From positions 5,712-69,711 of the forward strand of contig JAZQCE010000010.1 of NCBI GenBank assembly GCA_045546095.1: a stretch of 64,000 bases of DNA, written 5' to 3'. Positions 26,641 to 36,362 of this stretch are shown in pieces. How positions within the stretch are numbered: position 1 is the first letter of the stretch; the number at the start of each line of letters is the position of its first letter. The notes under the pieces were generated by a model that saw only the letters and a program-made list of their open reading frames with translations, was not told where the DNA came from and made no database searches. The DNA is from Candidatus Nanosyncoccus sp. Its GTDB lineage: Bacteria > Patescibacteriota > Saccharimonadia > Saccharimonadales > Saccharimonadaceae. Made by a program: the position numbers and the translations under genes.

Positions 26641-27882
26641 TCAGGCAAACGCCTCTCTAAACCACTGGTCCGCCGGACCCGCAGTCATCAGAATTACCAG
26701 ATACTCGTCATCGACATATTGATGCAACTTATTTGCCAAATCATCCCCCAGCTCAGCCGGCTCGGCAATATTTGCATCACCCATCTCTTGAATCAAATCT
26801 TCCGGGGTCAATATCTCTAGGTCTGGGTCCTCCCTAGTCAAATACGTCGGAAGCCAATAAACTTTCTCCGCCCCGAAAAAAGCGTCTTTATATCCACTTT
26901 TCACTTCATGCTGTCTAGAATTTTGGTGTGGCTGATACAATACCACTACACCCTTTTTGCCAAGACGCTTCGCTTCGTCTTTGGCCACATTCAAAGTTGC
27001 AGCGATTTCCTCTGGGTGATGCGCATAATCCGTATATACCCCGTCACAAATTCTTTCAAATCTTCTCCCTACACCAGGAAATTCGTTTACTATCTTTATC
27101 AATTCTTTTTTACGCATACCTAGCCCATCCGGCAACATACTCGCAATAGCCTCTACCGCCAATCCCGCATCTTTTCGCCTAGCCTCACCAGCCAAATCAA
27201 TCTCACCCGCATCAATGCCCCAAATCGACTCATCTCTCCCGTCAATCACTCGCTCACTCTGTGCCATAAACTGCGAAAAAGCCGATTCGTACTCTTGCTT
27301 TGTTTTATAAATATCTGGATGATCGTAGCTAACGCAAGTAATCACGGACACCCACGGATGGAATTTTAGAAAGTTCCGATCATACTCATCCGCCTCATAT
27401 ACAAAATACTTGTCGCCCTCCTGATATCTGCCACTAGGAGCAAAACCTAGAGTCGTCCCCACAATATAAGCCACCGGAAGCCCTAGTTTCAAAGCTACCC
27501 AAACTATCATCGCTGTAGTCGTAGTTTTACCATGAGTCCCAGCCACCGCTATCATTTTTAGATCCAATTTCTCTACCAGATACGCTGTAAAATCATCTCG
27601 TTTTGTGTATTTAATTCCAGCTTTTTTTGCCATTATGAGTTCTGCATGAGTTTCTGGCAAAGCCGAAGTATAGACAAACCAATCTACGCCTTCTTTTAAC
27701 TTTTCATTTAAAAACTCACCATCTTGCTTGCCTATAGAGACTTCAATTCCCGCCTCTACCAATTCATGATAAATCGCCCCTTCAAAAAGATCGGAGCCTA
27801 CCACCTCTAAGCCAGCCTGTTTTGCCATCAAAGCCAACGGCCCCATCCCCGTCCCAGATATTCCAGATATATATACTTTCAT
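26641..27882 (-). CDS. murC: UDP-N-acetylmuramate--L-alanine ligase (Mur ligase)
   Basis: ISGISGTGM, AVAGTHGKTTTT, YEADEYDRNFL, GVGRRFE, DYAHHPEE. Confidence 0.85.
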   Translation of the reverse strand: MKVYISGISGTGMGPLALMAKQAGLEVVGSDLFEGAIYHELVEAGIEVSIGKQDGEFLNEKLKEGVDWFVYTSALPETHAELIMAKKAGIKYTKRDDFTAYLVEKLDLKMIAVAGTHGKTTTTAMIVWVALKLGLPVAYIVGTTLGFAPSGRYQEGDKYFVYEADEYDRNFLKFHPWVSVITCVSYDHPDIYKTKQEYESAFSQFMAQSERVIDGRDESIWGIDAGEIDLAGEARRKDAGLAVEAIASMLPDGLGMRKKELIKIVNEFPGVGRRFERICDGVYTDYAHHPEEIAATLNVAKDEAKRLGKKGVVVLYQPHQNSRQHEVKSGYKDAFFGAEKVYWLPTYLTREDPDLEILTPEDLIQEMGDANIAEPAELGDDLANKLHQYVDDEYLVILMTAGPADQWFREAFA

Positions 27883-27884
27883 GA

Positions 27885-27898
27885 TATAATATATTATA
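27885..27898. promoter_or_regulatory. Palindromic double -10 box TATAATATATTATA serving divergent murC and tsaE
   Basis: Self-complementary 14-mer in an 18-bp intergenic gap; a TATAAT lies 10 nt before each ATG. Confidence 0.6.
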
Positions 27899-27900
27899 CA

Positions 27901-28323
27901 ATGATTATAAGTTCAGAACAAGAGATGCTCGATTTCGGGACCGCCTTCGCCAAATCCTTATGCAAAGGCTCCGCGTCAAAAAAAACAGCTATAGTTATTG
28001 AGCTAGTCGGCGACGTCGGCACCGGCAAAACCACTTTTACCCGTGGCCTAGCCAAAGGCCTCGGCATCAAAGAACCCGTCACCAGCCCCAGTTTTACTAT
28101 TTCCAAAGCCTACGCCATTCCTTCTGGCGGAAGTCTTATCCACTACGATTTTTACCGCCTATCCGACCCAGGCCTCATGGTTGAAGATCTAGAAGAAGCA
28201 CTGAGCACACCCAGCAATATTGTAGTCATCGAATGGGGCGGCTCAATAGCTAGCATTCTCCCGCAAGATCACACCAAGATCACTATCAAATACACTCCAG
28301 AAGGGAGAAAAATCACACTATGA
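27901..28323 (+). CDS. tsaE: tRNA threonylcarbamoyladenosine biosynthesis ATPase TsaE
   Basis: LVGDVGTGKTTF, VTSPSF, HYDFYRL, VIEWG. Confidence 0.95.
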   Translation: MIISSEQEMLDFGTAFAKSLCKGSASKKTAIVIELVGDVGTGKTTFTRGLAKGLGIKEPVTSPSFTISKAYAIPSGGSLIHYDFYRLSDPGLMVEDLEEALSTPSNIVVIEWGGSIASILPQDHTKITIKYTPEGRKITL

Positions 28324-28652
28324 ATCTATACTTAGACACCAGCACACCCGAAACAATCTTACGATTAGACGACAAAGAATATAAATATACTTTCGACAAT
28401 CGTCTTGCCGAAAAACTTCTGGACTTCATCCAGAGCAAACTATCCGAAAACCACAAGACCTGGCAAGATATCTCCAAAATCACTTTTATGTCCGGCCCAG
28501 GCTCTTTCACCGGCCTTAGAATCGGAGCCAGTATAGTAAACACTCTGTCTCACGAATTAGCTATTCCTCTCTACGACCATCACGGCACCAAACACCCAAT
28601 CATCATTCCTGACTACGGCCGCGGAGCCAATATTACCAAACCGCGCAAATAA
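28320..28652 (+). CDS. tsaB: Short TsaB-like protein
   Basis: LYLDTS, GPGSFTGLRIG; only 110 aa. Confidence 0.85.
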   Translation: MNLYLDTSTPETILRLDDKEYKYTFDNRLAEKLLDFIQSKLSENHKTWQDISKITFMSGPGSFTGLRIGASIVNTLSHELAIPLYDHHGTKHPIIIPDYGRGANITKPRK

Positions 28653-29774
28653 TTATTTGCGCTCAGTGTGTCGCTTGATTAAGGAGTGTGACAAAATCAC
28701 TACAAACATTGCCGATACTACCACCACTACACCAAATACAGTAGCCATAATAATATGTCCCTTCGTACCATCAGGGCGAAACACCTTGCTCTCCCCCAGC
28801 GGTGCCACATAATCAGGGTTAGTCGGGTCGTACGCTACCTGCACACCATCCGCCCCAGCCACCTGCGTCGGCATCACATTCAAATTCATATTGCCTAAGC
28901 GTATCTTAAACACCGAGCCATCAGAATCCCTATCTGCGTGAAAAATCCGAATTATCACTCCTTCATCCTTTTTGACCTGAATACCACTATAAGCGTACTC
29001 TTCATTCTGAATTGCAGTATACACCTCGCCCTTCTCGTTTATCATGAATCTACCCGTAGAAGCGCTATGTATCCCACCCATATCGATTGCGAGCTCCGAC
29101 CCCACAAACACAAAGGTATCATCATCAGCAGTTATCTCAAAATTCTCACCCCCACTAGCCGTCACAGTGAAAGGTACCGCAAAATTCATAGTAAATAATC
29201 GGTTGTGCTCATTTGTGTTTGCTTTGTCACCAGCACTAAATTTAATCTCGTCTAATGGATAAAAGCTATCATCGTTGTAAGAAAACTCTGGAGCGCCATT
29301 CGTCTCATAATTTAATTTCAGCGTCCCCGAATATTCCTTGCTTTTACCGTCTATAGTGCCAAACCACCTAGACATATCAAGTCCACGATTAGACAGCAAT
29401 CTCCCCCCCACCGCTACAGGCAAATAGCTCTCGTCAAGATTATATTCTACCAACCCCTGCTCAATTTCATCATATCTGTAGCCGCAATCACTCCATTCAA
29501 ACTGCCGCGAAGCCGCGACCTTATTCGCGTCACTACCATATAGATTAGCGCAATCATCCGATCTTTGATCATAATACACCACTGGCAAGTCTATACTCGT
29601 ACCATCCGTCACACCAGCACTAGCGAGTATCGCCTCTGGCTCACGCGCAATAATTTCTTTATCAATATCCGTGACGGCAGTAGATAATCCATAAAAGGAA
29701 AAAAACATACCTATCCCGAATATAGCCAGCGCCGTTATAGTAAGTATTTGCGTTTTCTTCTGTTGTTTTTTCAT
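28653..29774 (-). CDS. Fibro-slime/PA14-like domain membrane protein
   Basis: N- and C-terminal TMs; FEITADDDTFVFV..LAIDMGGIH matches the fibro-slime motif. Confidence 0.75.
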   Translation of the reverse strand: MKKQQKKTQILTITALAIFGIGMFFSFYGLSTAVTDIDKEIIAREPEAILASAGVTDGTSIDLPVVYYDQRSDDCANLYGSDANKVAASRQFEWSDCGYRYDEIEQGLVEYNLDESYLPVAVGGRLLSNRGLDMSRWFGTIDGKSKEYSGTLKLNYETNGAPEFSYNDDSFYPLDEIKFSAGDKANTNEHNRLFTMNFAVPFTVTASGGENFEITADDDTFVFVGSELAIDMGGIHSASTGRFMINEKGEVYTAIQNEEYAYSGIQVKKDEGVIIRIFHADRDSDGSVFKIRLGNMNLNVMPTQVAGADGVQVAYDPTNPDYVAPLGESKVFRPDGTKGHIIMATVFGVVVVVSAMFVVILSHSLIKRHTERK

Positions 29775-29823
29775 ATTTCGCCTTCTAACTAAAGTATAAC
29801 TTTTTTGCCAAAAATAATCAACA

Positions 29824-30207
29824 TTATTCTTTTGGTATACCCAAATGTTCGTCCGTCAATACTCCCTCCGCAAAAGGTTTTTCATAATTATCGACCGCCT
29901 CCACTTCATAGTTCAAATTCTTCAAATACTCTTCTAGAACTTCCATGCTCATCTTGCCCGTCTTGTCCAATTTATACTCCAGCTCTTTTTCCTCCTCATC
30001 TTCTATCTCTTTTTCGTCCGGCAAATAGCCTGGACGTGAACGGTCTAGATAAATATCGCCAGAATTATGATACACCATCAAAGAAACTCCAGTTGTCACT
30101 ATAGCAATAAACACTGCCACCACCCCCAATATGACTAAATTTAGTCCACCTTTCCTTAGTTTTTTCTTTTCTGGCTGCTTCTCAAGCTCGGATGACATTT
30201 CTTGCAT
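29824..30207 (-). CDS. Hypothetical membrane protein
   Basis: One TM; YLDRSRPG motif; coupled to the upstream gene. Confidence 0.7.
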   Translation of the reverse strand: MQEMSSELEKQPEKKKLRKGGLNLVILGVVAVFIAIVTTGVSLMVYHNSGDIYLDRSRPGYLPDEKEIEDEEEKELEYKLDKTGKMSMEVLEEYLKNLNYEVEAVDNYEKPFAEGVLTDEHLGIPKE

Positions 30208-30710
30208 TACAATTTCCCCTTCAACCGGTTAGCGAGCTTAACGTGCTCTGATAGTAAATTTCGTATCTTTAATGTATCCTGCTCTACTGCCTTTCGTTTT
30301 TGTCGTACTTTCACGAGTTCATTATAAAACTTTTCGGGCTCTGTCTTACAATCCATCAGCACCAGCTCTTCCAAATCCTGCTGATAACTCACAAAATCAT
30401 TCGCAAACAAAATCTTTGCATCGGCAAATTTGTTTTGATTCTCCACTAGCGCAGGCGTAGAGAGATTGTTTTCTACCAACCTTACGTTTAGGGGCGTAAT
30501 ATAATCCGACAGAATCGTCTCGTAATACCCTCCCAGATACACCCTGGCTCTCGAATCAGCTTTCTGTACATTTTTTAGATTATCTCGCATTGATTCGCAG
30601 TGATCCATTATTGCGTTTTTTTGGTTATCCGAAATCGCATTCACAGGCATCGGAGCCAGGCAAAGCAGCATAATCACAACCACACAAGAAATCGACCTCT
30701 TTATTGTCAT
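30207..30710 (-). CDS. Hypothetical secreted coiled-coil protein
   Basis: Signal peptide, helical body. Confidence 0.7.
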   Translation of the reverse strand: MTIKRSISCVVVIMLLCLAPMPVNAISDNQKNAIMDHCESMRDNLKNVQKADSRARVYLGGYYETILSDYITPLNVRLVENNLSTPALVENQNKFADAKILFANDFVSYQQDLEELVLMDCKTEPEKFYNELVKVRQKRKAVEQDTLKIRNLLSEHVKLANRLKGKL

Positions 30711-30781
30711 ATCTTTATTTTATCATAAAAAATATCGGGGGCTGCAATTTAGTTATTTCTCGGCGTTAAAATTACGCCAAG

Positions 30782-30860
30782 ATAAAAATTACAACATCCA
30801 GCCTATTTTTGCTCGGCGTAACAAGTTCGCTCGCAAAAATGGTGGTGTTGTAATTTTTAT
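30782..30860. repeat. Long imperfect hairpin downstream of lepA
   Basis: ATAAAAATTACAACA...ATTTTTGC / GCAAAAAT...TGTTGTAATTTTTAT. Confidence 0.75.
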
Positions 30861-30903
30861 ATGGGTAATTTTATATGCCTCGAAATAATCTAAATTGCAA
30901 CCC

Positions 30904-32769
30904 TCAGTCCCTCTTTAACATAACCGTAAAAGCTTCTGACGGAATGTCGATTTTGCCAAATCGCTTCATTCGTGCTTTACCGCGTTTTTGCTTCGCAAGT
31001 AGCTTGGCCTTGCGATCTCTATCACCTGTGTGGATTTTTACCGTCACATCTTTGCGATACGCACCAATTGTCTCCCGCGCGATAATTCTCGCCCCAATCG
31101 CCGCTTGCAGAGCCACTTCAAAATTCTGACGGGGAATTACGCCTTTCAGCTTCTTCGTCACTTCCCGGCCAATCGCATCTGCCTCACTTCTGTGTGCCAT
31201 CACCGAAAGCGCGTCCATCCGCGTCCCAGCTATTATAAAGTCCACTCTCACTAGGTCTTCAGGCCGATAACCATCTAATTCATAATTAAACGAAGCGTAT
31301 CCACTTGTCGCAGATTTTAGCTGATCATAAAAATCAGTCAACAGATTTGCCATCGGCGCTTCAAAATCAATCACCGCTCGTTCTTCTATATAGCTAAGAT
31401 TCGTCTGATGTCCTCGTTTTTCATTGATTAGATTCAGTACATTACCAATCATCGGCTTCGGTACAATTATCTCTCCCTTTACCCACGGCTCGCGAATTTC
31501 TGCGATTTCCGACACATCCGGCAAATCCGCCGCAGATTTTATCTCACGGACTTCACCGTTCGCCATCACGATTTCATAATTTGTACTCGGATTAGTCACG
31601 ATTAAATCTAATCCAAATTCTCGTTCCAGCCGCTCCTTGATAATATCCATATGGAGTAGCCCCAAAAACCCGATTCTCAGACCAAACCCGAGGATCGGCG
31701 AATTTTCCGGCTCAAATTTTAGTGCTGAATCCGACAAGCTCAATTTTTCCACCGCCTCTTTTAAATCTTTGTATTGATCGTTTGATACAGGGAAAAACCC
31801 TGCATACACAAACGGCAATACATTCTTGTATCCGGGCAGTGGTGTGTCAGCTGGTTTTTTTACCAACGTCACCGTATCACCCACCTTCGCCTCGCTAGTT
31901 GTTTTTAGATTGGTCACAATATAGCCAATCTCTCCCGCAGATAGTCGCTCTCTTGGCGTCATCTTTGGTGTCAAAATCCCGACTTCCAATGCTAACCCCT
32001 TCGTCTCTGCTGCCATCATCCGAATCTCTGCCCCCTTAGGGATCTCTCCGTCAAACACCCTCACATATAGCACCACCCCCCGATAATCGTCAAAATATGA
32101 ATCAAAGATCAACGCTCTAGTGGTCACAGCAGGCCCAACACCATCTTTTCTCGGGCTGCGTTCTCGACCCCTGTCGCCACAGGGGTCGAGCCGCTCATCC
32201 TCGCCTTGCCAGGCTCCGGAGGCCCTTCGAAAAGAGGTGCTTGGGCCTGCCGCCACTACCGCATCTAATATTTGCTCCACATTTTTACCCGTCTTACCGG
32301 AGACTTCTATAATGTCAGATCGTTTGCACCCGAGCAGATTCATAATCTGCGCCGCTACTGATTCGGTATCTGCCGCCGGCAAATCAATTTTGTTTATCAC
32401 CGGAATAATTGTGAGGTCTTGTTCTAATGCCAGATACACATTCGCGAGCGTCTGCGCCTGAATCCCCTGCGTGGCATCCACCACCAGTACCGCCGACTCC
32501 ACCGCCTGCAATGACCGACTCACCTCATAGCTAAAATCCACGTGTCCTGGCGTATCGATTAAATTCAGAGTATACCCTTTCCACTGCATCGTTACCGGAG
32601 CCAGTTTAATCGTAATCCCTTTCTCACGTTCTAGCTCCATTGAATCTAGCAGCTGCGATTGCATCTCACGTTTGCTCACCGTCCCCGTGAGCTCCATCAT
32701 CCGGTCCGCAATCGTACTTTTCCCGTGATCAATGTGTGCAATGATACAAAAATTCCGAATCTTTTCCAT
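30904..32769 (-). CDS. lepA: Translation elongation factor 4 (with in-frame hairpin insertion)
   Basis: IRNFCIIAHIDHGKST, LIDTPGHVDF, GFLGLLHMDI, IPRQNFEVALQA. Confidence 0.97.
   Translation of the reverse strand: MEKIRNFCIIAHIDHGKSTIADRMMELTGTVSKREMQSQLLDSMELEREKGITIKLAPVTMQWKGYTLNLIDTPGHVDFSYEVSRSLQAVESAVLVVDATQGIQAQTLANVYLALEQDLTIIPVINKIDLPAADTESVAAQIMNLLGCKRSDIIEVSGKTGKNVEQILDAVVAAGPSTSFRRASGAWQGEDERLDPCGDRGRERSPRKDGVGPAVTTRALIFDSYFDDYRGVVLYVRVFDGEIPKGAEIRMMAAETKGLALEVGILTPKMTPRERLSAGEIGYIVTNLKTTSEAKVGDTVTLVKKPADTPLPGYKNVLPFVYAGFFPVSNDQYKDLKEAVEKLSLSDSALKFEPENSPILGFGLRIGFLGLLHMDIIKERLEREFGLDLIVTNPSTNYEIVMANGEVREIKSAADLPDVSEIAEIREPWVKGEIIVPKPMIGNVLNLINEKRGHQTNLSYIEERAVIDFEAPMANLLTDFYDQLKSATSGYASFNYELDGYRPEDLVRVDFIIAGTRMDALSVMAHRSEADAIGREVTKKLKGVIPRQNFEVALQAAIGARIIARETIGAYRKDVTVKIHTGDRDRKAKLLAKQKRGKARMKRFGKIDIPSEAFTVMLKRD
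32129..32250. repeat. Hairpin element family B, copy in lepA
   Basis: Arms GCAGGCCCAACACCATCTTTTC / GAAAAGAGGTGCTTGGGCCTGC; core aligns with 57364-57482. Confidence 0.85.
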
Positions 32770-32794
32770 ATTTCTATATTATATAATATTTTCG

Positions 32795-33841
32795 TTATTT
32801 CGTAAAATAATCAATCCCCATCGCTCGCTTAACCTCGCCCAAGGTCTGATCTGCTATTTCGTTGGCTCTTTTTGTACCTTTCTCTAGTATTGCCATTAGT
32901 TCTGCCTCAGGTCTCGCCGCAAACTCTTCTCGCTTTTCACGAATCGGGCCTAGCTCGGCGACAAGTACATCACAAAGAAACTTTTTTACTCTACCATCAC
33001 CTATTCCGCCTTTAGCATAGGCATTTTCTAGCTCATCTAGATTCTGAAATTCTGGATAAAATTCTTTAAACGACTCCTCGGTACAAAAAGCCTCAAGATA
33101 TGTGAATAACACATTCCCCTCCAGCACACCCGGAGCATCAATTTCTCGCGGGAAAGTCACAATACTATTTACCTTTTTCTTGATTGTTGCCGAATCGTCA
33201 GACAAATAAATACAGTTCCCTATGGACTTACTCATTTTCTCGTTGCCATCCGTCCCTGGAAGCCTCAGGCTCGCCTTGTTAGATGGCAAAATCGCCTGGC
33301 ATTCTACTAATACATCTTTTTTGTAAATCCGGTTAAACGCTCGCACAATTTCGCGTGTCTGTTCTAGCATCGGCTCCTGGTCCTCGCCTACTGGCACCTC
33401 GTTCGCCTTAAACGCCGTAATATCGGCAGCTTGGCTAATCGGATAATTGATAAATCCTATCGGCACTGATCGGCCAAAGTCTTTCGTCGCGATTTCATTT
33501 TTCACAGTCGGGTTTCGCACCACCCGGCTATAAGAAACAAAATTCATATAATACGCAGTCAGCTCCGGCAAAGCCCGCACACCAGACTGTACAAAAAACG
33601 TGACTTTCTCTGGGTCTAGCCCCACAGCCAGATAGTCTAGCAACACCTCTCGCACACTATTTCGAATTTTTTCAGGGTTTTCTGCATTGTCCGTGAGCGC
33701 CTGTGCATCCGCAATCATCACATAAAATGCGTCATACCCCCCAGCATTTTGCAAAGCCACTCGCCCTTTTAGGCTACCCACATAATGCCCGATATGTAGC
33801 CGCCCAGTCGGTCTGTCTCCAGTTAATATTATTTTCTTCAT
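32795..33841 (-). CDS. trpS: Tryptophan--tRNA ligase
   Basis: GDRPTGRLHIGH, YPISQAADI, VPVGEDQ, KMSKS. Confidence 0.97.
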   Translation of the reverse strand: MKKIILTGDRPTGRLHIGHYVGSLKGRVALQNAGGYDAFYVMIADAQALTDNAENPEKIRNSVREVLLDYLAVGLDPEKVTFFVQSGVRALPELTAYYMNFVSYSRVVRNPTVKNEIATKDFGRSVPIGFINYPISQAADITAFKANEVPVGEDQEPMLEQTREIVRAFNRIYKKDVLVECQAILPSNKASLRLPGTDGNEKMSKSIGNCIYLSDDSATIKKKVNSIVTFPREIDAPGVLEGNVLFTYLEAFCTEESFKEFYPEFQNLDELENAYAKGGIGDGRVKKFLCDVLVAELGPIREKREEFAARPEAELMAILEKGTKRANEIADQTLGEVKRAMGIDYFTK

Positions 33842-33861
33842 AATCGTTCCTCCGATTATTT

Positions 33862-36033
33862 TTAGTTTACACCTTTCATTGTTAAACTAAGTTTACCATG
33901 ATCGAGCGCAATTAGCTTCACTTTCACCACGTCACCCACGTGTAGTACCTCGTCTACCGACTTTAGCCGCTTATCACTGATCTGCGAAATGTGAAGCATT
34001 CCATCGGTCCCTGGCAATATCTCTACAAACGCTCCAAAATCTTTAATCGACACCACCTTACCTTCATAGACTTTACCTACCTCTGGCTCCTCGGTCAGCG
34101 ACTTCACCCATTCTAGAGCTTTCTTTATCTTTTCTGGGTCCTTGCCCGAAATCGTCACGAGCCCCGTATCCTCAATATCTACCTCAGCACCAGTCTCGGT
34201 AGTAATTTTGTTAATCATTTCACCACCTTTACCAATCACGGCACCAATCTTGTCTGGATTAATCATTAATTTCTCAATCTGGGGTGCATATTTGGAAATT
34301 TCTTTTCTCGGCTCTGCGATTACTTTCTTGATATGATCTAGAATAAACATCCGCCCAGCATGACTTTGCTTCAAAGCTTTTTCCATTATTTCTACTGGCA
34401 GCCCATGCACCTTCATATCCATCTGAAGCGCTGTAATTCCCTGATCTGTACCCGTCACCTTGAAATCCATATCTCCAGCAAAATCCTCTGCATCCATCAA
34501 ATCGGTTAGCACATAAGCCTTATCTATATCATCTACGGTAATGTCAGCACCCTTTGGCACATCCACCATCAGCCCCATAGCAACACCACTCACCGGCCGC
34601 GCCAAAGGCACACCTGCATCCATCAAAGCCATGCACGATGAACAAGTCGCCGCCATCGAGGTGGAGCCGTTCTGCGACATTATCTCAGTCACACTGCGGA
34701 TGGCGTATGGAAAGTCTTCTTCGCTCGGGAGCACCGGAATTAGTGCTCGCTCTGCCAAGTATCCATGCCCGATTTCGCGTCGCCCCGGCGACCCCATTCG
34801 ACCCGGCTCACCTACAGTATATGGCGGTGCATTATAATGATGCATATAGCGCCGTTTACCGTCGGTCACCTCCATTGTATCTACATCCTGCGAATAGGAT
34901 AGTGGTGCCAGCGTCACAATGTTCATCGCCTGCGTCACGCCACGAGTAAACAGCGATGACCCATGTGTCCTCGGCAAAATCCCTACCTGGGAGGATAGCG
35001 GCCTCACTTCGTCTAGCTTCCTACCATCCGGACGTACACCCTCCTCCACGATTCCGCGCCGCACCTCCTTGTGCACCGCCAGCTCAAAAGCCTGATCATA
35101 TACGTCCCGCAAATTCTCGTCATACCATTCTACTTTTTCATTATCAGTCTCACCTTTACCATGAGTCAAAGCAAACTCATCGTGCATTGCGTATTTAATA
35201 TCGTCTAGGATATGCGCTCTTTCCATCACATTGCCACGCACCTTTGAGCCAAACTTCCCAGCCGTCCATTCAGCCACTTCTTTTGTCACTTCTTCATCCG
35301 GCAGTACCAGCTCATATTCTTGCCTTGGCGCAGCTACTTGCTTTGCTAGCTCCCTTTGCAAATCTAGCACCGGCTGCACCTTGTCTACGGCCCAGTGCAT
35401 CGCCTCGATAATCATATCCTCTGGCACTTCATTCGCGCCAGCCTCCACCATTACTACTTTACCATCTTTACAAGCCACTACGAGGTCTAGCGGAGATTTC
35501 TCACGCTCTTCGGGGCCGAGGAATCCCTTAAAATCGCCCCCAATTCTGCCAATTCTAATCCCAGCAATTGGCCCATCAAACGGCACGCCTGCGTTCATCA
35601 GCGCCGCCGAGGCCGCAATCATCGCCACACAATCTGGCCGAAAAGCCGGATCTAGTGACAATACCGTACACACCACTTGCACCTCTTGCCGATATCCCTT
35701 CGGGAAAAGTGGCCGAATCGGCCGATCTATCAACCGCCCCACTAGCACAGCTTCATCAGCCGGCTTGCCTTCCCGCTTTATAAACCTAGAACCACTAATT
35801 TTGCCTGCAGCATAAAATTTCTCCTCATATCCAATAGATAAAGGGAAGAAATCTTGCACCACCGGTTTGGTCCCCACGACCACCGACCCTAGCACCACGG
35901 TATCCCCATAGGTCACTAGCACCGAGGATGTCGCACGAAACCCAACCCTATTCACCTCTAACGTCAGCTCACGTCCTAACCACTCCGTAGAAAGCCTCAC
36001 CGTCTTTTTACCATTAGGGTTAATAATGTCCAT
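33862..36033 (-). CDS. pnp: Polyribonucleotide nucleotidyltransferase
   Basis: RFIKREG, LIDRPIRPLF, GHGYLAERAL, DMDFKV, KH and S1 domains; start moved to ATG 36033. Confidence 0.97.
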   Translation of the reverse strand: MDIINPNGKKTVRLSTEWLGRELTLEVNRVGFRATSSVLVTYGDTVVLGSVVVGTKPVVQDFFPLSIGYEEKFYAAGKISGSRFIKREGKPADEAVLVGRLIDRPIRPLFPKGYRQEVQVVCTVLSLDPAFRPDCVAMIAASAALMNAGVPFDGPIAGIRIGRIGGDFKGFLGPEEREKSPLDLVVACKDGKVVMVEAGANEVPEDMIIEAMHWAVDKVQPVLDLQRELAKQVAAPRQEYELVLPDEEVTKEVAEWTAGKFGSKVRGNVMERAHILDDIKYAMHDEFALTHGKGETDNEKVEWYDENLRDVYDQAFELAVHKEVRRGIVEEGVRPDGRKLDEVRPLSSQVGILPRTHGSSLFTRGVTQAMNIVTLAPLSYSQDVDTMEVTDGKRRYMHHYNAPPYTVGEPGRMGSPGRREIGHGYLAERALIPVLPSEEDFPYAIRSVTEIMSQNGSTSMAATCSSCMALMDAGVPLARPVSGVAMGLMVDVPKGADITVDDIDKAYVLTDLMDAEDFAGDMDFKVTGTDQGITALQMDMKVHGLPVEIMEKALKQSHAGRMFILDHIKKVIAEPRKEISKYAPQIEKLMINPDKIGAVIGKGGEMINKITTETGAEVDIEDTGLVTISGKDPEKIKKALEWVKSLTEEPEVGKVYEGKVVSIKDFGAFVEILPGTDGMLHISQISDKRLKSVDEVLHVGDVVKVKLIALDHGKLSLTMKGVN

Positions 36034-36081
36034 AAAAATTATCCTTTCTGGGAAAACCTCAGATATTGTTAGCCAAACACT

Positions 36082-36213
36082 AGTAATTGCTAAAACATAA
36101 CGTCGAGGGACATAAAGACAAAATCTCTGATTTTGTCGCCGAAGGGGCAAAGCTTTTGTGTAAATTTATTATCACATCGCGGAGCTCCCAAGACGTATGT
36201 TTTAGCAATTACT
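36082..36213. repeat. Hairpin element family C, copy upstream of pnp
   Basis: Arms AGTAATTGCTAAAACATA(A)CGTC / GACGTATGTTTTAGCAATTACT; family C core. Confidence 0.85.
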
Positions 36214-36362
36214 TTTTTAGCAAGCAATATCTGCCGTCTTCCCAATTGTTAATGTCGTATTTATTATACCAAGGCTTGCCAAATTAAGCAAAGTATGCTA
36301 TAATAAGCGTATGCGTTGTTTTGCATGTTTTCGCAACCGTCATACTAGAGAAAAGGAAAAGC

